Source of the DNA: Blastocatellia bacterium
GTDB lineage: Bacteria; Acidobacteriota; Blastocatellia; UBA7656
DNA: 64,000 nt
Assembly: GCA_963726785.1 (NCBI GenBank)
Contig: CAVSDJ010000007.1
Span: 2,484,615-2,548,614 of the forward strand
Direction of reading: 5' to 3'
The translations under genes were made by a program, and so were the position numbers. The notes beneath the pieces are model-generated. The model did no database searches. It saw nothing but the letters and a program-made list of their open reading frames with translations, and had not been told where the DNA came from. Below are positions 19,810 to 29,172 of the stretch, piece by piece. How positions within the stretch are numbered: position 1 is the stretch's first letter; the number at the start of each line of letters is the position of its first letter.

Positions 19810-20990
19810 CGGGTCTCTTCCACCTCCAGAAGACCATCACGAACCAGTCGCCGCGCCAGCACGAGCTTTTCTCGTTCAGTAAGATCACCTGCTATAGAAC
19901 GAACAGAGAACGAACGATGCTGGGCGACATAACGGAGAGCGGGGGCGATTTTTTCAGGCCCCAGAAGTTTCCCGCCTGAATATTGAATGGCCGCGTAGCC
20001 CGGCCCTTCGAGTGCGCGGCAAATCACTCCCTTGCGCCGCACGAGCACCGTATCTATGTCGAGTTCGGCCTCTTTTGCAAGCAGGTCGTCGCCGGGTGGA
20101 GGCGGGCTTTGAACGATCAATTTTTCCGCGAGGCGACCCATGCCATCATCAAGGCTCAAGTATTGCGGCAATGCGGCGAGCAATTCAGGAAACAGATCAT
20201 GCAATTCATTCGCTTTGTTGAGAAATCCCGGCGGCAAAGCCTTCCTGAACCTTTTGTCGTTTCTGGCAGCAGAGACTGCCGCAGAAAAAAGATCTATCCA
20301 CGTGACGACGTTCACACCAATCGTCAGATGCAGTGACGCAGCGCCGGTCGTGCGGGCCGCGTGAATGTATCCGCGAGGCAGATAAAGAACACTGCCTTCT
20401 TTCAGTTCTTCCTCTAGCACAATTTTTGAAAGGCTATCTTGAGGCAAGTCAGAGTGTTCGTCCCGAAGCGGCAATTCTTTTGCAGGTTCTCGCACCTCCC
20501 AGATTTTGCTTCCTTCCAACTGGAGGACAAAAACATCCATGATGTCGAAGTGAGGATTGAATGCCTGCGTGCCGGGCGGCGTGTAATACATGTTGACATT
20601 GAGCGGGTGGTGCAGGTCTTCTTGAAGAGCGGCTGCAAACAGCGCGACAGGTTCCCACAACTTGCCCAGATCATTGACGACGATAGTGTAACCGTCACGC
20701 ACAGCCGCGCTCACTTTTTCCAGGCGCGGCGACCCGTCCGGATTAGTCCAGTTGCTGTCATTATGGCGACTGCCTTTAATCAGCACCAAATCTTCAGGAG
20801 GGCCGGGTCGCAGGTAATGCAAAAGCCGCCCGATGTCGGCGGACGAAAACAGATGCGAGAATCGCCCCTCGTTGCCTGAAACCGCAAGCGGGCGCTTCTC
20901 CCAGTATTCATCTGAAAACTGCGATGGCGTGATTGGATAAATCAGTTCTGCCAGGCTCATTGATTGCGTCCGTTTCGTGTGGCTTTTCAA
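19806..20990 (-). CDS. JmjC/Cupin_4 (ROXA/NO66-like) 2OG oxygenase
   Basis: F..EYWEKRPL, Y.TPP, PHFD, LQLEGSKIW, YLPRGYIH, SLHLT; C-terminal winged-helix-like region. Confidence 0.88.
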   Translation of the reverse strand: MKSHTKRTQSMSLAELIYPITPSQFSDEYWEKRPLAVSGNEGRFSHLFSSADIGRLLHYLRPGPPEDLVLIKGSRHNDSNWTNPDGSPRLEKVSAAVRDGYTIVVNDLGKLWEPVALFAAALQEDLHHPLNVNMYYTPPGTQAFNPHFDIMDVFVLQLEGSKIWEVREPAKELPLRDEHSDLPQDSLSKIVLEEELKEGSVLYLPRGYIHAARTTGAASLHLTIGVNVVTWIDLFSAAVSAARNDKRFRKALPPGFLNKANELHDLFPELLAALPQYLSLDDGMGRLAEKLIVQSPPPPGDDLLAKEAELDIDTVLVRRKGVICRALEGPGYAAIQYSGGKLLGPEKIAPALRYVAQHRSFSVRSIAGDLTEREKLVLARRLVRDGLLEVEETR

Positions 20991-22240
20991 GCCAGCGTCA
21001 GCAGCCCTGTACGCACCAGCCTTCGGACAAGTATCAACTTTTCGTTGTCGTTGAGCGAACCCGGCAAAGAGGCCGGTGTGATGGTTTCAGCATCAGCTAT
21101 GTGCCGCAGAGCATCAATGATTTTCGCGGGGCCGAGTAGCTGATTCCCCGAGAACTGAATCCCTGCTACTCCGTTTTCCTCAAACACTCTGGCTAAAGTT
21201 GTGCGGCGCTTTCTCAAAAGCGTGTCGGGGCCTATAGCTGCGTTCAACACGGAGAAGTGCCCGTCAGCGGGCGGCGGATTTCTGACGGCGAGTACCTCGG
21301 TGTGCTTGCCCACAGCATCTTTGTGATTCGCCTGACTATGGAATATGTCCATAAATTGGCTGAACTCGTTTGCGAGAGATTGCATTACTGTTTCGTCATT
21401 CAAGAAACCAGCGGGCAGAGAACGACGAAATCGCGGATCACGTTCAGCCATAGCGGCCAGCGCGTCGTAGAGAAAATCGAACCATGTGCGAACGTGCACA
21501 TCAACTGTGATGTGCAGCGAAGGCTTATCGCCCGCCATGCCTTCGTGCACGAAACCTCTGGGTATATACAACGCGTCGCCCGGATTGAGAACTGTTTCGC
21601 AAATCGGCTCTGACAGCTTTTCTCTGGGCACGGGAGCATACGAGCCTTCGACGGGCGGAAACTCATGCAAAGGCTTGTATACCTTCCACTGCTTTGAGCC
21701 TTCGACCTGAAGCAGGAAGTTTTCCTGCGTGTCATAGTGAGGTTTGACGCCGTGAAAGTTCGGCGGCGATAAGTAAACAGCCATGGCGATTGGATGATTC
21801 AAGCATCCTTCCAACGCTCGCGAAAACAGAGTGAGCGGTTCCCAGGTCTGTTCCAGCCCGCTCAATATGACAGTGCTTCCTTTAAGGTAGCTTTCGATCA
21901 CCAGATTGACATTAGCCGTGCCGTCGCTGCTCAGAAAGTTATCGCGGACAAAGCCCTCTTCAGTGACAAGATCAAGTCGTCCGGGTTTGGGTTTGAAATA
22001 GCAGATCGCTCGATCAATATCATTGATGGAGAAAAGCGGAGTGAAGAATTCAGCCGGTCTTCCCTTGCTTACGAGCGGGCGCTTCTCCCAGTATTCCGCG
22101 AAAAACTTCTCCTGCGTCAGCGGAGCTATGATGTCTTCAAACCTGATCTCTTCGGCGCTCTTGATACCGATTTCCTGGCGCTCGAAAATCTCTGTCTCTT
22201 CCTGGTCTAGGGCTGTCATCTGTTCCTTGCTCATGGACAC
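20987..22240 (-). CDS. JmjC/Cupin_4 (ROXA/NO66-like) 2OG oxygenase, paralog
   Basis: FFAEYWEKRPL, PHYD, LQVEGSKQW, YIPRGFVH, SLHIT. Confidence 0.88.
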   Translation of the reverse strand: MSMSKEQMTALDQEETEIFERQEIGIKSAEEIRFEDIIAPLTQEKFFAEYWEKRPLVSKGRPAEFFTPLFSINDIDRAICYFKPKPGRLDLVTEEGFVRDNFLSSDGTANVNLVIESYLKGSTVILSGLEQTWEPLTLFSRALEGCLNHPIAMAVYLSPPNFHGVKPHYDTQENFLLQVEGSKQWKVYKPLHEFPPVEGSYAPVPREKLSEPICETVLNPGDALYIPRGFVHEGMAGDKPSLHITVDVHVRTWFDFLYDALAAMAERDPRFRRSLPAGFLNDETVMQSLANEFSQFMDIFHSQANHKDAVGKHTEVLAVRNPPPADGHFSVLNAAIGPDTLLRKRRTTLARVFEENGVAGIQFSGNQLLGPAKIIDALRHIADAETITPASLPGSLNDNEKLILVRRLVRTGLLTLA

Positions 22241-22255
22241 CTGCCTCCTGAAGCG

Positions 22256-23179
22256 TCACTCTGCATCCCAAGAGCGGCTGTAAACCAGCGGCGTCATGGG
22301 GCCTTCTGCTCGGTCTCCGGCCCGAAGTCCCGGCAGCGAAGTTGTGCGGTTTTGCTGGCGGATCATTCTTGCGTAAAACTCTTGAGGCGGAGCGCCGGGT
22401 TTCAAAGGCGCGTCTTCGGCCAGTCGCGCTCCATCGGCGAAGTAGACTATCACCATGGCTTCTCGCATGCGCGGAGACGTGTTTGTGCGAGAACTGTGCA
22501 GAGTCCACGCAGAGTGTACCGCCACATCTCCAACTTCAAAGGCCCCATAGTTGAAAACCTCGAAGCCTTTTGCGCGCACCTCGTCTTCAAACCGATCCAT
22601 CGAAGCGTCGTCGCCGTTAGAAGTTCCCATATAGCCCGCCCTGTTTGATCCAGTGACATAATTCATAGGCGCAAGGTCGGGCGTGATGTCCGTCAGCGGA
22701 ATCCACATGGTCAATATTTTTTCGCTATCGAGCGGCATGAAGTATGCGTCCTGATGCCAGGGCGTATTGGCTCCGTCAGGCCCTTTGAAATAAGACTGGT
22801 CACGAAACAATCGCACGGCTTCCACTTGCATGAGATCGGCTGCTATCCGGCCAAGACGTTTGCTCAATACGAACCGCCGCGCTGCCTCATCCAACGTCCA
22901 CAGGTTGTTTACGAACTTCCAATTCTTTCCAGCCCCTGCAACCTTCTGCTCCATCGCATGATTTTGTGTGCTGTTGTCATCAACAACCCGCCCCAGATGA
23001 TGGCGATAGGCTTCGATCTCTTCGGGAGTGAAGACCCCGTTGAGCTTGATGTGGCCGTCACGAAAGAAGCTTTCGATCTTCTCGTGTGTGAGCGTGTAGT
23101 TGCCGGAAATTTCTGGAAGCTGCTCGGCTGCGGCTTGTGCATTCATTGATATTTCCTCTCCCGCATGTGTTGTTGACAT
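22256..23179 (-). CDS. phytanoyl-CoA dioxygenase (PhyH) family Fe/2OG oxygenase
   Basis: TPWHQD, WIPLTD, HSAWTLHSS, R motifs. Confidence 0.88.
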   Translation of the reverse strand: MSTTHAGEEISMNAQAAAEQLPEISGNYTLTHEKIESFFRDGHIKLNGVFTPEEIEAYRHHLGRVVDDNSTQNHAMEQKVAGAGKNWKFVNNLWTLDEAARRFVLSKRLGRIAADLMQVEAVRLFRDQSYFKGPDGANTPWHQDAYFMPLDSEKILTMWIPLTDITPDLAPMNYVTGSNRAGYMGTSNGDDASMDRFEDEVRAKGFEVFNYGAFEVGDVAVHSAWTLHSSRTNTSPRMREAMVIVYFADGARLAEDAPLKPGAPPQEFYARMIRQQNRTTSLPGLRAGDRAEGPMTPLVYSRSWDAE

Positions 23180-23216
23180 TTTTTCTTCCCTTCGCTACTC
23201 GCTTCGATTGTATCAC

Positions 23217-24008
23217 TCAAGCGCCGCATCGAAAGACCACAGGATTCAGCGGCCCTTCCGCGAGGTCTCCCGAACTCAGCCCGGCGAAGTAAGTGTCTAG
23301 AAAACTTCGGACGATGGGCGCGCCTCCGCGCTCCAGGATGCGCGTGCCGTCAGCGTAGTAGCCTATAGTGATAACCTCTCGCATGTGTTCGCTTGAATTA
23401 CCCAAAGATGAATGAATCGTCCAACCCATGTGCAGCGAAGCGTCGCCCGCCTGCATAGCTCCGTGTTGCACAATTGGAAATCTCTCCGCATCTTTGCGCG
23501 GTATCAACTCGCCGGACAGGTGCGAGCCTTCGGCGAATAACAAGCCTCCCATATCCGGAGTAATGTCTGTTAGGGGTATCCATATAGAAACCATCTTGTC
23601 GGTATTCAACGGTATATAAGTAAGGTCTTGATGCCAGGGCGTGCCGGGGCCGCCGCCGGGTTTGAAAAAGCCGGAAAAATGCAAAAGCCTGACAGCTTCA
23701 ACGCCCAGAACGCGCGCGGCTATTTCGCCAAGACGCGGTGATGTCACTAGATCCACGACCGATTGCGGAGCCGTCTTAAGACTGAAGATAGTCTCGATGG
23801 GACTTGCGCCGACCGCTTGTTCATTTGCGCTCATGACTTCGCGTCTTGCCATGACATAGTCGCGAAGAATTGGACGGTGATGATCTAATTCTTCGCGCGA
23901 TAGAACGCCGCGAAGAACTCCGCAGCCGCGCCGTCGGACTTCCTCTATCTGAGAGTCTGCCAGGTGATATTTGCCATCAATCGTCATCTGTTCAGCTTGT
24001 TGAGCCAT
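23217..24008 (-). CDS. PhyH family Fe/2OG oxygenase, paralog
   Basis: TPWHQD, WIPLTD, HMGWTIHSS; start MAQQ after AGGAGG. Confidence 0.88.
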   Translation of the reverse strand: MAQQAEQMTIDGKYHLADSQIEEVRRRGCGVLRGVLSREELDHHRPILRDYVMARREVMSANEQAVGASPIETIFSLKTAPQSVVDLVTSPRLGEIAARVLGVEAVRLLHFSGFFKPGGGPGTPWHQDLTYIPLNTDKMVSIWIPLTDITPDMGGLLFAEGSHLSGELIPRKDAERFPIVQHGAMQAGDASLHMGWTIHSSLGNSSEHMREVITIGYYADGTRILERGGAPIVRSFLDTYFAGLSSGDLAEGPLNPVVFRCGA

Positions 24009-24240
24009 CGCCCCTCCTGGCAAAGTCGAGATTGGTGAAGGGATCAGCAAAGATTTATTGTTTAATGCTCCCCTCGCTCAGCGAATCGGGCGCGCCGCTT
24101 TTAGAGTGCAGGTTGCTGTAGCCTGATAAGCCAATCTTCGTATTAAAAGTAACATTATGCAGATTGAAGCGCGGAAATTAGGATAGTCCAACACAGACTT
24201 GAATGCAACTTATTTTACTTTCATTTTCGTCATCAATCGT

Positions 24241-25320
24241 TCAAGCGAACATCGAAATTTCCTGCAGGGCTTTTAAGACTGTGGCCGTCGTGTAAACGCC
24301 GAAATGATCGGGAGAATAATTATTGAAGGTGTGCTTTAAAACGCTCTCCATCGAAACTGGTCCGGCGGGTATGCCAGCCCACATAGTCCAATCCGACTTC
24401 GGGTCCGGGTTGAGGCTGTCAGGGCGCGGAACGCGAAGCCTTGCAGACGCAGACCACGAGCCGTCGGGCTTTTGCCATTCGACAAGCCGGGCTACTCCTC
24501 TGGAAAGACTGTTGCGCGCCTCTGCGAGATGATTTGTCCGGGCCAGGATGCGAAGAGCATGAGCGAGAGCAAAGGCGGGCGGGAATCGACCTTCAGTTGC
24601 AATAAGAATATCAATACGACCGAGCGCCCAGAGCGCGGCTCGTTCGATGCAGGAAGCGATTTCAGCTTCGCAGTCCATTGCCGTTCGCCCTTTTCCGGCA
24701 AGAGCCGCCACGGCCTCAGCCGTCGCATACTCATCGTCGAACCACCAATAGGCGATCCACTTTCCATCTTCAGATTGTTTCTCTAAAAGGTATTGGCGAA
24801 ACCGCTCGCGGTAACTGTCCATATTCGCGCAGGCTGCCGTGACGCAAACGTGCGGCTGCGTCCAGCCTCCGAATGGAACAAAAGGCGGAAGCCCTATGTA
24901 GTTGCGCACAGGAGCCGCTGACGCATAAGTGGTGAGGCCGCCATCATCGCGAATGTGCCGCTCAATAAATTCGGCGGCTTTGAGCGCAGACTCCGATTCA
25001 TTCGCGTTGAGGCTCTCGGCAAGTCGAAGCCCCCAGAGCGTGCTATCGGCATCGCCGGGCACTTGAGGGTTGTAACTCCAGCCGCCGTCCGGCGTCATAA
25101 CTTTTTCGAGGAATCGCCATCCGGCACGCGCGGCGTTGCGCGCTTCTTCTTCCGGCCTGACAGCCAGAACATCGCCGACGTAGGCAGTAACCCAGACGTT
25201 GCTGTTACCGGCAGGAAGAAGAAAGTCCTTCCACGCTCCCTGGCCGTCTTGAGATTTCAAGAGAAAATCCAGAGCAGCTTGCACCGCTCCTGAAAGATTG
25301 ATTCCGGTATCGGCTGTCAT
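24241..25320 (-). CDS. prenyltransferase/squalene-oxidase-repeat protein; probable monodomain class II terpene cyclase
   Basis: QW repeats (QDGQGAW, QSEDGKW, QKPDGSW), GGWSY..PGDADST acidic motif at the DxDD position. Confidence 0.75.
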   Translation of the reverse strand: MTADTGINLSGAVQAALDFLLKSQDGQGAWKDFLLPAGNSNVWVTAYVGDVLAVRPEEEARNAARAGWRFLEKVMTPDGGWSYNPQVPGDADSTLWGLRLAESLNANESESALKAAEFIERHIRDDGGLTTYASAAPVRNYIGLPPFVPFGGWTQPHVCVTAACANMDSYRERFRQYLLEKQSEDGKWIAYWWFDDEYATAEAVAALAGKGRTAMDCEAEIASCIERAALWALGRIDILIATEGRFPPAFALAHALRILARTNHLAEARNSLSRGVARLVEWQKPDGSWSASARLRVPRPDSLNPDPKSDWTMWAGIPAGPVSMESVLKHTFNNYSPDHFGVYTTATVLKALQEISMFA

Positions 25321-26360
25321 TCAGATTTCCCTAATGTGCGATGGGCAATTCCGAAATATGCTTTTGCCGCCGGGTCTGCACCGGGGCGAAGTACGATCTT
25401 GATATGACTCAGGCCGCGAAGCAAGAGGCTTTCACGCCCGTTTAAAGAAATGCTCTGATGGCCGATCCAGTCTAGCAGAGCCTGTTTTTTTTCAGGCGCT
25501 AATAAACCAAACTCTGAAAGCTGATCGAACTGACCATACCATCGCGGCTCTCTGCGCGGCTGGCGAGACCAGCAGCCTGCCACAAAATTAGGCTCTACGC
25601 CGATATGCGGATAGACCCGCTCCCCAATATCCAGATGCAAGCCGATGAAGTCGGCATGCGGGCGAAATGCATCCATGTATTTTTGCAATTCATCAATGGG
25701 GCCTTCCCATCCGATTTTATCCATAAAGGGAAGCAGTTTATCTTTCGGGAGATCGAAAATACAAAGCCGAATGACCTGAATATTGCGTGCCAGCATTACT
25801 CCGACTTGAAAATCGTTCGTCTCCACAGGACACGCTTCGAGGCATCTTAGAAAATTTTGCTGCAAAGACTCAGAGACCGAATCCCCCAGCAACATTGGAA
25901 TGATAGTACCCGCGAGCCATTCGGGGGGGCGCTTTATCTCAACGTCACGCGGCCAATATCCAAACAAAAGATTTGGCGCAGGCAGCTCCGACGACATGTC
26001 AAACTCAAGCCAGGTTGCTCCGGCATCACTGTATGGAGGCTGACGTGTATCGCCCCACTCTTTATAGAAGCTCTGTATCTTTTCCCACGGGCCGTGTTGC
26101 AACTGCTCTGGCGGAGAAATTGAATGCCTGCCCGCGAGCATTCTGGCTCCGTCCGGCGTCAGGTTCAGCGCGCAGTCGGTTGGTCCAATGCCCGCTCCCA
26201 ACCTGCACTCAAACCCGAAAAAATCTACGGCGAAGATGGGCAGCGCCTGAGCCACTTTCCTTATGTGGGCGAAGCTTTCAGCAGACATCAACACAGAATG
26301 CATATGATCCTTGACCATATCCAAGGATGTATCGAGTCTTCGCGTAATCTCGTCTTGCAT
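25317..26360 (-). CDS. putative peptide prenyltransferase
   Basis: FGFECRLG, WLEFD, GLHLDIG, LSHIKIV, AKAYFG; lies between precursor and cyclase, overlapping the cyclase start by 4 nt. Confidence 0.6.
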   Translation of the reverse strand: MQDEITRRLDTSLDMVKDHMHSVLMSAESFAHIRKVAQALPIFAVDFFGFECRLGAGIGPTDCALNLTPDGARMLAGRHSISPPEQLQHGPWEKIQSFYKEWGDTRQPPYSDAGATWLEFDMSSELPAPNLLFGYWPRDVEIKRPPEWLAGTIIPMLLGDSVSESLQQNFLRCLEACPVETNDFQVGVMLARNIQVIRLCIFDLPKDKLLPFMDKIGWEGPIDELQKYMDAFRPHADFIGLHLDIGERVYPHIGVEPNFVAGCWSRQPRREPRWYGQFDQLSEFGLLAPEKKQALLDWIGHQSISLNGRESLLLRGLSHIKIVLRPGADPAAKAYFGIAHRTLGKSE

Positions 26361-26467
26361 GGAGATGATTTATTATTGACTGATTGTTACAAAATCTAAA
26401 AGCTCAAGGTTGAGGCTGAGGAAAAACAAATCTGGATTTCTGTGAACTCGCAGACGCTTTGAGAAAT

Positions 26468-26502
26468 CTCGCGACGCAACGACCTTCATGCCGCGTCGCG
26501 AG
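26468..26502 (-). terminator. stem-loop 3' of precursor A1
   Basis: CTCGCGACGC...GCGTCGCGAG 10-bp stem. Confidence 0.55.
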
Positions 26503-26528
26503 TGAGTTTCAACGTAGCTCTTGCGCGA

Positions 26529-26651
26529 CTAACTTCCGCAGTTGGCTCCCCAGGTGCAGGAACCTTCTGCTAGTTGCAGGAGTTGCTCGTCGGTCAATTC
26601 ATTTTCCATGACTTCTGTCAGTTCCGATTCATACGTCTGTTTGCTTTCCAT
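26529..26651 (-). CDS. RiPP precursor peptide A1 (40 aa, MESKQTYESELTEVMENELTDEQLLQLAEG-SCTWGANCGS)
   Basis: GAGGAGA RBS; ELTDEQL-type leader; Ser/Thr/Cys/Trp core; paralog at 4536-4658. Confidence 0.93.
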   Translation of the reverse strand: MESKQTYESELTEVMENELTDEQLLQLAEGSCTWGANCGS

Positions 26652-26687
26652 TTTTCTCTCCTCTTTGCAAATCTTGAAGTGGGCCAG

Positions 26688-26717
26688 AGTATACCATGTT
26701 ACAAAACTTCCGTGCAA
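26688..26717 (-). promoter_or_regulatory. putative sigma70 promoter of precursor A1 operon
   Basis: TTGCAC-N18-TATACT with TGn extended -10. Confidence 0.55.
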
Positions 26718-26794
26718 GTTGTTACACATCGCAGCGCCGGAAGTTCGCGAAGATAATCATCACGCACTTTTAATTGTTTCGATGCGTGGCGGGA

Positions 26795-27859
26795 TTATGA
26801 TTGAACCGTCCAGGAGAAAGTCGGAATAACCGAAACGATAGGCTGTAGGAAGAGGCGGCATGCTTCATCGAGAACTTTACTCAAAGCCGGGTAAGAGGTG
26901 AGAGCTTGCACATGGAGAGCCGCATCTCTGCGACGGGCGAGTTCCTTGAGAGCGAATGCGAGGGAATCAGAACGCTCGAACATAGCTCTTACTCCGGCTA
27001 TGTCTTGCGCGGTAGTGCGGCTCCGAGGTTTATCAAGCACCTCTTTGAGCCAAGCGGATTCTTGCGCCGAGACCGATTCGAGGCAATGCACGACAAGCAC
27101 GCTGCGTTTGCCCTCGCGAATGTCGTTGCCGGACATGTCGCGTCTTTTATCACCGTAGATGTCGAGAATGTCATCCTGTATCTGAAAGAGAACGCCAATA
27201 TGACAGGCAGCCTCCACAAGCCCGCGTTCAACCTCTTCGGAAGCGCCGCATAACAACGCCGCGCCACCCATTGGAAGAGCAAATAGCCTTGAGGTCTTGC
27301 CTTCGACCATTTGCATATAATCGGCAAGGGTGACATCAGATTGCACCTTGAGTTCCAAATCCTGGACTTGCCCTTCGATCACCCGCAGCATTTCCAGTAG
27401 CACACGGCAAGTGGCTCGCTCTCGTAATGCCGCGGGCACATCCAGCCGATGCATGAGCAGTATCGTGTGAGCGATCATGGCATCTCCCAGATTTATTGCC
27501 TGGGGCGTGCCGAATTTTCTCCAAACGGCAGGTTGCCCGCGACGGACGCTATCGCCATCCTGAAGATCATCATGAACCAGAGATGCGTTGTGCAGCATCT
27601 CGCAGGCGGCCCCAAAAGGCACCATCCGACCGGGGTCAACGCCAAGAGCTTCAGCTATTAGAAGGGGAAGAATTGCCCGCAGCCGCTTGCCTTCCGACTG
27701 CAAATGATAATCGGCCATCCGCCTGAGCAACGAGCCGTCCGCACTCGATTCATGGATTACCTCATCCATAACGGCGCGAATTGACGGCCACCAGGCCGCG
27801 CGCAAAGATTCAAAGCGCGTCCTTATATCGGCATTTTTTTTCTCGGTGACTCTTTGCAA
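26795..27859 (-). CDS. trans-polyprenyl diphosphate synthase (GGPP or longer)
   Basis: GKRLR, FARM SLVHDDLQD..RRG, KT, SARM FQIQDDILD, EGK. Confidence 0.93.
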   Translation of the reverse strand: MQRVTEKKNADIRTRFESLRAAWWPSIRAVMDEVIHESSADGSLLRRMADYHLQSEGKRLRAILPLLIAEALGVDPGRMVPFGAACEMLHNASLVHDDLQDGDSVRRGQPAVWRKFGTPQAINLGDAMIAHTILLMHRLDVPAALRERATCRVLLEMLRVIEGQVQDLELKVQSDVTLADYMQMVEGKTSRLFALPMGGAALLCGASEEVERGLVEAACHIGVLFQIQDDILDIYGDKRRDMSGNDIREGKRSVLVVHCLESVSAQESAWLKEVLDKPRSRTTAQDIAGVRAMFERSDSLAFALKELARRRDAALHVQALTSYPALSKVLDEACRLFLQPIVSVIPTFSWTVQS

Positions 27860-28138
27860 TTCGATCAGCGGACTTATTTCTAAATTAACCTGCCATATAG
27901 ATCATTGCATCAACAGCGGCTCTATAGTCAAGCAATGAGATGGCCGAAGGCAGGAGTCATTCTATACTGCTTGTAGCCTTTAGTACAGAACGAAAGCCTG
28001 GTGAGAGCAGTCAATGCAGGTGGTGCCGCAAAATCAGGAGCAACTGAGCCGCTTGCCAATGGCCGCAAGGTTAAAGCACAATACATAAAGCGTTGGGGCC
28101 GTTGCGCTCGCAACCGTGTTGCTTAATTCCAAAGAAGA

Positions 28139-29164
28139 ATGAGGTCAATGATGAAATTAAGACTATTCGCCATGACGAAAGCGTTATCGGTGTGCGCTAT
28201 TATGGCTATGTTTGTACTAGCCTCAAGCTCTTATGCGGCGCAGGACAAACCAGCGCCACAAGCTTCCAAAGCCGAGCAAGATGCGGGGGCGAAGGTGCAA
28301 GCTGCTCCAGACGCCGCGACCAAGTTGAAAGCCGCTGGCGAGTTCGTTAAGAAATATCCCCAAAGCGCGCAGCGAGCGATGGTCGTCGGTTACGTCGTGC
28401 AAGAGATAAACAAATCGCCTGACGCGACGCAGAAAATTTCGCTCTTAGAGAATGCGCTGACTGTATTCAAAGAACAGGGCGATGTTGATATTATCAGCCC
28501 GATTCTTATAGATGTGTACGTCAATGCCAATCGTTTAGACGACGCATTTCGCACAGGGGCAGCGGCTATTGCGAAGAACCCGAATGATGTTGTCACCCTG
28601 ACGAACATGGCGCTTATCGGCATAGAACAGGCCAAAAAACAGAATCCGAAATACGCAGAGCAGAGCCAGCAATACGCGGTGAAAGCCATAGAGTTAATCG
28701 AAGCGGGCAAGAAACCTGAAAACATGGACGATGCGCGGTGGAGCGATTTTCAGACCCGATTGCTGCCGGAGCTTTATCAGGCGGCGGGCATAGTTGCGAT
28801 GATGACCGGCAAAAAAGACGAAGCGAAGACGCGGCTCGAAAAAGCTGTATCGCTCAAATCCGACAACCCGTTCGCCTATGTGCTGCTCGGCACAATTGCC
28901 AACAACGAGTATCAGGAGTTTGCCGAGAAACATAAAGCCCAGTCGGCGGGTCCGCTCAAGGATGAGTTGCTTCGTCAAGCGCATGCGAAGATGGATCAGG
29001 TGATTGATCTGTATGCCCACGCAGTTGCTCTATCGGAGGGAAGCGAGCCGTACAAGCAACTTCATGATCAGGTTTTTGAAGACCTTAAGTCCTATTACAG
29101 TTACCGCCACGCAGGCTCGACTAAAGGGCTGGACGAGTTAATAGCAAAATACAAAAAGCAGTAG
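28139..29164 (+). CDS. secreted TPR-like helical protein
   Basis: Signal peptide (…ASSSYAA), helical repeats. Confidence 0.75.
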   Translation: MRSMMKLRLFAMTKALSVCAIMAMFVLASSSYAAQDKPAPQASKAEQDAGAKVQAAPDAATKLKAAGEFVKKYPQSAQRAMVVGYVVQEINKSPDATQKISLLENALTVFKEQGDVDIISPILIDVYVNANRLDDAFRTGAAAIAKNPNDVVTLTNMALIGIEQAKKQNPKYAEQSQQYAVKAIELIEAGKKPENMDDARWSDFQTRLLPELYQAAGIVAMMTGKKDEAKTRLEKAVSLKSDNPFAYVLLGTIANNEYQEFAEKHKAQSAGPLKDELLRQAHAKMDQVIDLYAHAVALSEGSEPYKQLHDQVFEDLKSYYSYRHAGSTKGLDELIAKYKKQ

Positions 29165-29172
29165 GCAAAAGA

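Noticed and set aside
26529-26729. 66-aa version of precursor A1 from the ORF track
   Set aside because: The RBS, promoter position and alignment with A2 place the start at 26651.
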